From contig NC_135254.1 of the NCBI RefSeq assembly GCF_964204865.1, forward strand, positions 10,230,001 to 10,294,000: a stretch of DNA of 64,000 bases. The letters are read 5' to 3'. This document shows positions 12,001 through 21,583 of this stretch, piece after piece. The notes beneath the pieces were generated by a model. The model was not told where the DNA came from. It searched no databases and saw only the letters and a list, made by a program, of their open reading frames with translations. Position numbers and translations under genes: made by a program. Source of the stretch: Styela clava. Taxonomy: Eukaryota. How positions within the stretch are numbered: position 1 is the stretch's first letter; each line of letters starts with the position of its first letter.

Positions 12001-15000
12001 TTGTATTGTTCGTAGGCCTATTTCAGTATTTACTAAATAATTTAGTTTTCACCTCTTGCAGCCTTGGTACGGTACCGGTAGTTTAAATAACACGTCAGCA
12101 TGCCTTCAGTAAATGATTGCTAGCTGTACAGGTATAAATGCGTAAAACCAGTAAAAAAACGTGAGAGAAATGGTATGGGTTATAGATTGTCAATGTTAAA
12201 CGCTTCCAGTACCGGTACCGTACTCAAAGCGACATTATCCCACAGAGCACGGCGCGTTGGCAGAATCTCATGGTCTAGTGAGAATGACGTCATTGAAAAC
12301 ACCGCGCTTATTAAAATTTTAATGAACGATTATCGAAAATCTTGACCATGTTTATCATGATAAAAATATCAAAAGAGATGTAAAAAATATTCTATTCTCA
12401 AAACTGCTCACGTCTACATTGAAAGATATCTAGAAAATTACAAAAAATGCAAATTTCTGCTCGGGTGATCACATTCCCCATAAGATGTAATGTTAAAAAA
12501 AAATTTTTTACATCACTTTTCTTTTTGCGCGTAGGATGGGTTTTTAATGAATAAGGTCTATTAGAAAAAACTGACCTAATTTGAACTCAATTTTTACATT
12601 CTGATTTAAACTATAGTTGTGAAAGAAAGGCAGAAGAAATAAGAATTGCAGAAAATCTTGAAACTTTCAAGTTTTCAGATAATATTATTTGTTGCAAATC
12701 TGGAGTCCCAGGTGTAACAATTGATGCTTGTAAAGGAGACAGCGGTGGTCCAGTAGTGAGGGAGGTAAGCAAATTGTTTTTTTAAATTACAAGAAACGGA
12801 TTGGATCCTTTTTGCGGTGCGTCTTCCCTATCTTTCTCTAAGTGAAAATCAACTTTTTTCGCTCCTTTCCCCTGTAAAAATCGTTGTCCATGATTTACTC
12901 TTGCGAATTTCCTCTGTTTAATTTTAACATTTTAGCGGAGTTCTTTCAAGTTTTTGTCACGTCACAGGGGTGGGTTATAAAATTCGCATCTGCCATTTCA
13001 ATTTCTAAAGACTCAGAATATAGGTTGCGAGCATACTGATACTAATTAGTTTTGATTTGTTTGTTCATTCTCTTTTAATAAATTGCTAAATTGTGTCTTT
13101 ATATGTAGCATATTTATTGTCAAAACACCCAAACGATTAACTTGCAACAATCGAAGTTGCCAGACATTGTTGGTCTGCTGAAATCCCTCCGAGTCTGCTG
13201 GCGCTCTAACGTAAAACAAACATAGAAGATCTTGCCGGTTCAGTCTAATCAAATTTGAAGGTTTCTATTGCAATATAATGTTTTATGTCAATAGGTTTGC
13301 TAAGCTATGCGGCAGGGTTTCCCAAACTGTGTGCCGCGGCACACTAGTGTACCGCGAATTTTCACAAAATTCCTGATATTTTTTTCACAATAATCAACAC
13401 TGCAACATGAACTTTATTACTTTGCAATTACTTATGGGTGTAGTTCGATAATGCACATATATAGGGTGACCCAAAAACGGAACCCAGTCCATTTGGAACA
13501 TTTTGTATGGATTCCGTTTTTTTTGGGTCACCCTGTATAAAGATTTATTCTATGTCCACCGATAGGTAGCGTTACCATATTTGTGTGACCTTAAAGCGGG
13601 ACGCCTCAGAACAACATAGCTGTGATTTTATCAACTTTAGATTTACCGATTTCACATTAGGGGATTACATTTAGAACCATCCCGAATGTCTTCAATGATT
13701 TTGTTGTCATCGAGAATTCATGCGCTGTCTGTATAATATCGGTTTCAGTTCGAAATATATAAATAAATATACATTAACGTTACGGGGCTTACACGTAACA
13801 AATTGTAGCAATTATCCGCTCCGGTCGGGACGCCGGAAGACGCTGAAAAGTGGGACTGTCCCGCCTAAAACGGGACGTATGGTGAGCTTACCGATAGGTG
13901 ATGTAATATGCATCACTTCTCTAATATATAAGGCGTTATACGTTTTTGATACCAACCCAACAATGCAAGTTTGCTCAAAGCAAAGTCGCTAGACTTTAAT
14001 TAAACAATCTGTTCAAACTTTCAGCAGTTAGGAAATTGAAAAAACTCTTATAGTGATATTACTTTCATAATTTTTCACATTTCATGTTTTTACGTTTCAT
14101 TTTTCACTTGAAATATTTCTTTGAGTTCTTAATTTTACCACAAATTTTGCCATTCGAATTTTCTGCCAGTATATCAGTACAACATATGCCATACAAATAT
14201 TCAGTATAAAGTGCAATAAAATATTTTTTCCATTCACATGTTTCTGTAATTATTAATTACTTGCGCTGACAGAAATCAAAAGCTAAAAACGATAAAGACT
14301 TGTTACAATTGACCCGAGAAATCTTGTTTCTGTAAATATTAATTACTTGCGGTGACAGAAATTAAAAGCTAAAAAGGATAAAGACTTGTTAACATTTACC
14401 CAAGAAATCTTGTTTCAATCTTAATTACTGTCGAAACGCATATTATTTACGGATAAGGGATTTAATAAAACTGATTTGTAATAAGTGTCTCACGACTTTT
14501 TAATCTTGTTGTTAGTGTGCCGCAAGCTGAAAAAGTTTGGGAAGACCTGAGCTAGGGTTGAATAAAGGGGATTCTTGCCTGCCAGACAAGGTTCATCCCT
14601 TGTTCCTAGTGATGCCGGTAGTACGGTTCCATTACATTTGAACCCACGTACATTTGAACCCATGACAATTGCACCTGTATGCTATTGCACCTATAGAATT
14701 TTTTTGTTTCACGGATAGTTAAACCCATACTAACCCTAACCCATGGGTTTTAGCACCCGCATATAGATTGAACCCGTGGATATACGCATGGGTTCAAATG
14801 TACGGTCACCCGGTAGTACATATTTTCCACCTGCTCGAAGTAATGAATCACAAAAAAATAACAATAAATAGTCTATTCAAAACTTAGAATGCACTCTTTT
14901 AAATTATATTGTTGCTGCGACCTAACTGTTATAAATGTCAATACTACCAGGTAAAAAATGTGGAGACTGGAACTTCATGTTGGGTTCAGATAGGAATAGT

Positions 15001-15094
15001 AAGCTTTGGATATAGATGTGGGTCAAAATTTCCGGGATATTACACAAATGTTGCAAGATACATTCCTTGGATTAAATCAAAAACTGAAGCATAA
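57..15094 (+). CDS. Bf: Complement factor B/C2-like gene A, 5'-truncated by the window edge (vWA C-terminal part + trypsin-like serine protease, 520 aa visible)
   Basis: Eleven exons with GT-AG introns join in frame: 57-201, 421-564, 864-937, 1310-1469, 1828-1973, 5784-5913, 7103-7236, 7531-7723, 9448-9592, 12617-12764, 14951-15094 (TAA). vWA motifs SGTATAYAL and IFLFTDG. Protease motifs ECGQ, AWPWQ, LTAAHV, HDIAL, RPICLPCT...C..EEELL (Bf/C2-type insertion), [25 protein letters not shown]. Exon-for-exon paralogue of gene B. Confidence 0.92.
2540..2922. repeat. Dispersed repeat copy, inverted partner of 5257-5650
   Basis: About 370 bp matches the reverse complement of 5257-5625 along its length (e.g. 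GGATGCAAGCATGAAACTTGGCACACATGTACAGTAGCATC; GACCAAACACGATTATTAGTCGCACAACCTGAAC). It ends in the CTTGGTGCACATACTCCTGGAG terminus, which resembles those of the MITEs at 45031 and 61054. Confidence 0.8.
3435..3757 (-). mobile_element. tRNA-derived SINE
   Basis: Minus strand has a tRNA-like head with pol III B-box GGTTCGAATCCC (3696-3685), a GC-richer body and an (ATCCT)n tail. A related, internally deleted copy lies at 59340-59527. Confidence 0.75.
5257..5650. repeat. Dispersed repeat copy, inverted partner of 2540-2922
   Basis: Reverse-complement match to 2540-2908 within the same intron of gene A. Confidence 0.8.
6180..6860. repeat. Foldback-like element with degenerate CACGTGTCC-type minisatellite arms in inverted orientation
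   Basis: 6180-6350 has short units such as TCTCACTTGTACCACATGTTCC and TCTCACGTGTCCCAC. 6760-6858 has the complementary GGTGAGACACGTGGAACAAGTGTGAC units. Confidence 0.5.
7967..9441 (+). mobile_element. Helentron/DINE-1-like non-autonomous element (family H1) with a nested copy (8028-8264) and an internal ~360-bp tandem repeat
   Basis: Family termini are 5' TTATTG(G/A)ACACGT.GTGGACATA and 3' GTGT(C/T)CATATATTTGAGCAT.GCTCTCTTGTT: subterminal inverted GGACACGT/ACGTGTCC, a 3' GAGC..GCTC hairpin and a T-rich end. It has a (TTG)n microsatellite and is homologous to 43028-43468 and 17116-18352. Confidence 0.7.
8602..9373. repeat. Tandem repeat, units of about 357-368 bp, about 2.1 copies
   Basis: C(C/T)GTGTTTTTGTCTGTTTGATTGCTGTGATG..GCTTTGTTTATA recurs at 8602, 8959 and 9327, and the intervening sequence is near-identical. 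Confidence 0.9.
10191..12560. mobile_element. Non-autonomous DNA transposon with ~335-bp terminal inverted repeats
   Basis: 10191-10524 (TAGACCTTATTCATTAAAAACCCATCCTACGCGCAAAAAG...) is the reverse complement of 12228-12560 (...CTTTTTGCGCGTAGGATGGGTTTTTAATGAATAAGGTCTA). No transposase ORF was seen. Confidence 0.85.
10734..11129. mobile_element. hAT-like MITE nested in the long-TIR element
   Basis: TIRs CAGGGCTGGATTTA ... TAAATCCAGCCCTG; the target-site duplication is only partial (GTGA..). Confidence 0.7.
13462..13535. mobile_element. Tc1/mariner-type mini-MITE
   Basis: TAGGGTGACCCAAAAACGGAA ... TTCCGTTTTTTTTGGGTCACCCTG, flanked by TA on both sides. Confidence 0.7.
13567..13890. mobile_element. 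hAT-type MITE
   Basis: Imperfect TIRs TAGCGTTACCATA ... TATGGTGAGCTTA with a perfect 8-bp TSD CCGATAGG (13559-13566 and 13891-13898). Confidence 0.8.
14625..14810. mobile_element. Mutator-like MITE
   Basis: TIRs GGTTCCATTACATTTGAACCCA ... TGGGTTCAAATGTACGGTCACC with a perfect 9-bp TSD CGGTAGTAC (14616-14624 and 14811-14819) and an internal TAACCCTAACCC motif. Confidence 0.75.
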
Positions 15095-15434
15095 TGTTTT
15101 TATGATATGACAAGGTTTGAATTGCATTTTACTTAATCAAGAAGAATTTGTTTAGTTCTTTCTTTTAAAATTGGTGCGTATTCAATGAATTCCAAAAAGA
15201 AATTCATATTGATTCCAACAGTAACACTTCGCTTTGTTCCTGCCTGGCTCTTCTTTGGTATCGTTGATTCAATGTTATGATTTCTATATATAATTGTTAT
15301 CCAATTTCAACCGGTAGTTACTGACTTCTTTTTTACATGACAAAATCTATATTCATATGTAGTGTGTCAGTGTAAACTTTTTGACTCTTCTATTTAATTC
15401 GTTTTTCGCAAGATTAAATGAAAAACACAAACAC

Positions 15435-15440
15435 AATAAA
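15435..15440 (+). promoter_or_regulatory. Candidate polyadenylation signal, gene A
   Basis: AATAAA about 340 nt after the stop codon; chance occurrence is likely in AT-rich DNA. Confidence 0.35.
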
Positions 15441-17115
15441 AAATAATGGAGATTTTCAACTACTACTCGCAATTTTGTTTAAATACATTTGTGTACAAAC
15501 AATTTAGCCTGTGTGTTTTACAACTAGCTTATGCTTATATTTTTGGTGTATTTGATGCCAATTGATTCAACCATATGTGTTATTTTCATTTCAGTAAAAA
15601 GATGTAACAAGAAACAAAGGTTTGGACAAATCTTCGGAGAAAAAACTCAATTTAGCATCATTCATACATACCTTGATGACGAACAATAATATGATTTAAA
15701 ATTATGCACAAGAGTAATAAATGATAGGGTTTGGCATGAACACAATTATCTCGTTTCTGAGTTTCTTTATTGCTGGTTTGAGGTTTTAGTATACAATATC
15801 TTCAAGATTTTTGCTCTTAATGTAATGAACCTTTATAACTATCATCAACGACTGTTTCAATTTACCAAATATGAATAAAATTTCCTTTAAACAGTTTTAG
15901 TTCGACACGGAATCCTGTTCAACGAAACGTGTAATGAACCGCAGTAGTCAGTCCTATGAACCACAATTTGTTTCATTTTTGAAAATATTTTTTTGTCGAC
16001 AACTAATCCGATTTACGTTACTTTCTGTCAGTTCATACTACATTTTTCCTTATGAAACACATATATTTTATCATGCATAGGTTAAACTACAATCTTGAAG
16101 TTCCAATCATTTTCTGTTCACTGGTAATTTTGAGAAAATTTTGAATATTTCTCTTTGCTGAAAATTAAATACATTAAAATAAAAAATTCTCTTTTTTCTA
16201 GACGAATGGTTAATAGAAATATGTTCTTATTTTTTTTTAACATGTCGCTTTGATGAAGATTGTCACTTCACAAAAGGGAGAATGCAGTTTGACATGCCAT
16301 CATTGCTGTAAATGTAAAAGCTACGACAAGAAATCCTTCTGAATGTTTTTGTGCATGGCTTGGTTAAATATAGCCTCTTACAGAAAACTATATAATGTGG
16401 ATCTTATACGAAATTGAACCCTTTTTAATAAAAATGAGTTTATTTACTAAAATTGGTAGTGAGGAACATAAACATCGATTTAAAAAAAACAACCCTTATT
16501 GTAATTGGTTAATGTTTCTATAAAGCATGGCTAACCTACTTTTTTACTAAAGATCCATACATGAAACTTCAAAATGACTGGAGTTTGATATTTTCAAAAA
16601 ATATATTTACTAGTGTGACTAAATATATTCCAGTGCCTCTGACTTTTAGGTTAGAAAGTTAGAAGAAAAGCGATTCGTGATCAAACGTAGCAAATTCAAA
16701 ATCCCTTTAACTCGTTGTTGTTTCTCTACTAGTGGATACTAACTAATCAAGACACATATTCGCATTGTTTATTATAGACTCAGAGTGCTTTTCGTATATG
16801 AGCAGGTGCAAATAAGAGCAAATGACAAAATATCATCTATAATTTTAAATAAAATTCATTGAAAAGAAACCTTCACATATCAAAATTTAATTGGACTAAT
16901 ACATCATAATAAAGAATCAGACTCGGTCTACATCGGACAATCGGAGCCTGTAGGGGTTCGTTTACAAATAAGAAATATTTTGTAATGACTTGAATTTTAA
17001 ACTAGAGTATATTCTTGTAAACTTCTATTTTAGACATAGCCTACCTATTAATTATTATCGGATTCAAACGAACTATTAATCAATTAACTTGATTAAGCGC
17101 AGTCTTAAACATAAA

Positions 17116-18352
17116 ACAAGAGAGCTTTGCTCAAATATATGGACACGTTTGAAATAAATGAAAGTAATATCCTTCTAAAGAAAATTTTTAATCTTTAAGC
17201 ACTGAAAATTTTAAAGCAATTGGTCCAGTAATTAAAGAGAAAGGCGATTTTTTTAAGATTAGGTAACAAGTGGGCGTGGCTTTCCACACGTTTTCTCACC
17301 ACTGAGGGGGCGGAGGCACTTCCCCCACCCCCAATGCCACTTGAAAAAATTCCCATGACCCGGGCGAACGCTTTCCCGCTCCGAGAACGGAGATTAACGG
17401 CCTCTAAGCGACAAAATCACTCTAGTGTGACTAGATCGATGACTTGATTGACAGGTAGCCTACTCCGGCCACTAAAAGCCTGTTTTGTTCCACTTCCAAT
17501 TTTAACGTGAATTGAAATACCAAGTGATCCAAGTCACTTATCCATTACGGTACCAGGGCAAAATAAAAAAATATCGATTCCTCGATAATTATATGCGGTA
17601 CGGTAACTTACCAGTACCTGAAATTCGTTCGCAGAACGGTTCTTTCTTGTCATAAAAGAACTCAATTCATTTCCTGTTATCAAATAAAAAAATAAGGTAG
17701 GCTACAAAATTTATGTTGTTTACATCAGAACTGTAACAAAAAGATGAGAGCGTAATTCACTGCGGTACCGTACGGTACCTTACCAGTACGGCAGTACTTG
17801 TTGCTGTATGTAGGCCTGCTATTCGATCGTGGAACGGTTCTTCTCTGGCATATAAAAACTCAATTCAATTTGCTCTTATCAAAATTAACAAATACGGTAG
17901 GCTAAATTTGCAAGCAAACCTACATTACTGCAATAGTTAGATCGCGAAAGGAATAAGTCAACTTCAGTGTGGTACGTTAACTTACCGCAGTACCGTATCT
18001 GCCAGACGCTTCTTCTTTGCAAAACCAACTAATTCGATTTATCACGGTATTATAACAGCAGATACAACAGTCTACAGATATATTCACACCAAGCGAAGCA
18101 GTGCAGTACGGTTTACCGTACCTTTTGCATCACCGCTCACCGTCACCGGTAACCTAAAAAAACTTACAATTTTTGAGCAACGATTTTCAGAATCCGCCTT
18201 CACGCCGACGTTCGATGGCACGTGATCATGCGTCCGCAGAACGTTCGGTGACGTCATAGCAAACAAAACAAATCTCACAGAGCTAACAGAAATATTTGAA
18301 ATAAATAAAAGTAATAGTCTTCTGGAGATAAAATCAAACTTTTCAAAAAAAA
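17116..18352 (-). mobile_element. Helentron-like family H1 copy or copies, rearranged
   Basis: AACAAGAGAGCTTTGCTCAAATATATGGACACG at 17116 is the reverse complement of the H1 3' end. 18085-18335 matches the reverse complement of the H1 body at 43200-43430. Confidence 0.6.
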
Positions 18353-19274
18353 TTCTATTTATTGCCAAGGTACAAGATGTAAAACCTATCTACCTAAAGA
18401 TTTGTACATCCCGACCTGCGGCAGATGCCTCGAAAAAGGTCACAATTTCATGCATCCGGCCAGTTTCCCCGAACATCGATTTCCTTGTTCATTTCGGAAT
18501 ATTGGCCAATCAGCAAGATGCAATATTTGACGTAACAACAGACCATTCCGAATCCGCTCGGACACTTTTGTCACCCGGAGAGATTTTTCAGTCCTGGTTT
18601 CAAACAATACCTCGTTTTCGTGATTTTGAATGATATTCGTTAGTTTTTGATCGTGATTCCGAAATTTAAGTATGAATCAAATGAGTCACTCATCATTTGG
18701 CCTACTTAGGAGTTGTAGTAATCAAAAATTGTCTAGCAATAGCTGTGATAAAATAGGCTAAAATTCTCTACCAGTACGCAACGTTTTCTTCGAAGGATAT
18801 ATTATACTATAAAAGCTTTCGACGAAACTGTTGCTGAGTACGTTTCTCGTGCTAAAATGAACGTCGAACATGCATTTTGCGCTAATAGTACGAGTCAGGT
18901 TAACTTTTGTACTGCTTACCTGCGGATATTCATGGCAGCAATTGTTGTCTAGAAATCTTGTATATATATTTGTTTAGCTATGATGGTCTTGAAATATATT
19001 CTGCGATATAGAATTTAATATTTAGGACTTCAGAAATGTAGAATTTATATTGTTGAATAAATTGAATAGATTTCCCAACTTTTGGGAATTTATTGTATTG
19101 CATTGACAACTATATTTTTCCGGCCCGTTTCAACACAGTTTGGGTCATACCTGGCCCGCGGTCAAAAAAGTGTGGTGACCCCTGTTGTAACCAAACGCAA
19201 TTGTGTGTGAAGATTGAAGAAGCAATAAAACTAAAAACAACAGAGCTTTAACGAAGTCAGTTTATTTTCCACAT

Positions 19275-19499
19275 TTACAAATTTTGATGAGAACCTTGTC
19301 CCTGAACTTGCATCACTAGTTTGTCGAAATCAGGGTCTATATTGGTCAATGCACAACTATATTCTGGTTGCAGTTGGTTGCGAGGCCTAAAGGCTGAAAA
19401 TCCAGCCTCGCAAAGATAAGTTGTTAGAAAGGGTAAAAGTGCTTTTGTTTCCTGCCAACGGAGATCAGATTTGGTTCTCTCGTTTGTACTTCCGCTCAA
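19275..19499 (-). mobile_element. hAT (Charlie/Buster-type) transposase C-terminal remnant
   Basis: LLPFLTTYLCEAGFSA...RNQL...ALTNIDPDFDKLV...QGQGSH matches the hAT dimerisation-domain consensus. Confidence 0.75.
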
Positions 19500-20149
19500 A
19501 AATTTCCATCGTGTTCCATATGTTAGTTTTGCTCCAAAACAAAACCTCTAAAATGTTGTTGCGTATCCGTTGAAATCTGATAGAATTCACCTAATGGTAT
19601 TTCTCATTCAAATCAATAAATCCGCTCGGAAAATTTTGAAATGGTACTTTATTAGTCAATTGTATTGATGATTCGAATTTTACCGAATGGCCCACTAAAA
19701 AGATGTCAAACTCACGCGACATTGGCGCACAATAAGATCGTTTAAAACTTGGAGCAATCCAGCTACAGGTAACAAATGGATAAATAACAATGCATATATA
19801 GAACCCAATTTTAACGTAAGCGAAAAGTACGTGTGGACACGTGTGATTTTGGCAGAAATCCGCAAGTGCGTTATGCAGTCCAATCGTTTGATTCAGCGAG
19901 GCACATTGACGTGCCGTGTCCAAGTCACGTGTTGCCAGGTATTCTAATAGTTTAATGTTCGAATATTCTGCCCAGCCGTACTCAGTAACATGTTATTATT
20001 GATTCGATTAATTTTATGTGCATAAACTTTTTCATGTTTTATTAAACACTAACTTGATCATAACTTGGCTGGTACTAAGTTTGGTGAAAACGCTTGCGCC
20101 CCGCAGTGAATTTCGTGACACTAGAAAGGTTAGTGACCTACATGAACTA

Positions 20150-20464
20150 CCGAGTCTCCCCGAAAATAAGACCTTCCCTGAAAATAAAACCTAGTCGATA
20201 GCGCAAATTTTTTTTTTTTGACCCAGTAGATAGCAAATCTTTCCTACTTGTTTTAAAGGATCAATATTCTATGTTTAGCGGTTACTTTAAATAAAAACGT
20301 GTTATTTATAAGAAAATGGATATCGGTTTTCATATTTTGTATAATTGAGAATCTCGTAATTTTCTAAATGAAAATAAAAGACATCCCCCGAAAATAAGCA
20401 CCAGTGCTAATTTTCGAAAAAAAAATTTGAATGATACACTGTCTTATTTTTGGGGGAAACACGG
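20150..20464. mobile_element. pogo/Tigger-like MITE
   Basis: TA-CCGAGTCTCCCCGAAAATAAGAC ... GTCTTATTTTTGGGGGAAACACGG-TA, with repeated CCCGAAAATAAG subterminal motifs. Confidence 0.75.
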
Positions 20465-21583
20465 TATACTACTAAATAACGTATCTAAAAAGGTATTGCT
20501 CCTTGAGGACTCATTTAAACGATGAGACCGCGGACTCGGGTTGTGAAACACTTCTATATCATAGAAGTAAATTCCGCAGATGAGACCCAGTCAGCTCTCT
20601 CGTAATAAAAAAAATAGGCGGTGGTTAGTGCAGTATAAACAGGATATTCCAAAATCCATCACAGAATACCATGGTTTGAATTACTGATATTAGGTTAAAA
20701 AGAAAAGAAGGAGACAAATTCGGGCATATAGACGAGATCAGAAATTCAACTTATTAGAAATTTGAGGAAATGTACACAAAGATGCATTGTTGCAAAATTG
20801 TGAATATATCTTTCTATTTTTACCATAAATATTTTTATTGATGCTAATCTTGCCACATCCACACGACAGATAAAAAAAATGAATGAATCACGTTTTATGC
20901 ATATTTTTCTTATTTGTTTAGCATAGGAAACAATAATATAATTATATTTCTAGTGTCGATTTTATTGATCGATGTAATCTCTTATATAAGTTATATTATG
21001 AAGAAGAATCTTACGCTGAATAAATGGCGGTATTTAGAGGCTATATATTTGTTAAATTATAATACCGTCTGAGGAGCTGAGTGATTCATATTTTCACTCG
21101 ATTGTGGATCAACTATTTCCTGTATTTCTTACTTTATGAAAGCGCAAGGCAATGGTAACCGATATCGACCAGAGTTTTTGCGACAAATAGCGTTCCTGTG
21201 TTCAAGTACATTTTTAAAGCAAATAAGATACCTAGAGATATAATTTAAAATTGAGAAAAATTGACGCTACATTGTTGCTGAAGGTTTCAAATTTTGATGA
21301 TGCGTGATCATTACGCAATGGGATCTTTTGTATGTGGCAAAAATGAAAATATTTGAGAAAAACACTCTTGCCAAATTTGAAGTACTGGAGATTGAGCTCA
21401 GCATGTTCATTTATAATTGCGCATTCCCTAACCCTGGCGCTTTCTATGAAAGATCCGCGTAACGCTATAGCTTAGCAGTGTGAAAAACAGATTTAACGAA
21501 ATTTGAAGTTATACCAATAGCCTATATTTAAATCTGATTTATATTTTAGATAAGTTGGTTAATATATAGGCTTCTACGCCAAA

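Larger units (their letters stand above)
13313..14549. mobile_element. hAT-like non-autonomous element hosting nested MITEs
   Basis: TIRs CAGGGTTTCCCAAACT ... AGTTTGGGAAGACCTG with subterminal GTGTGCCGC motifs. It contains an ~86-bp tandem duplication at about 14250-14430. Confidence 0.7.

Noticed and set aside
14729-14748. Interstitial telomere
   Set aside because: Only two TAACCC units, lying inside a MITE.
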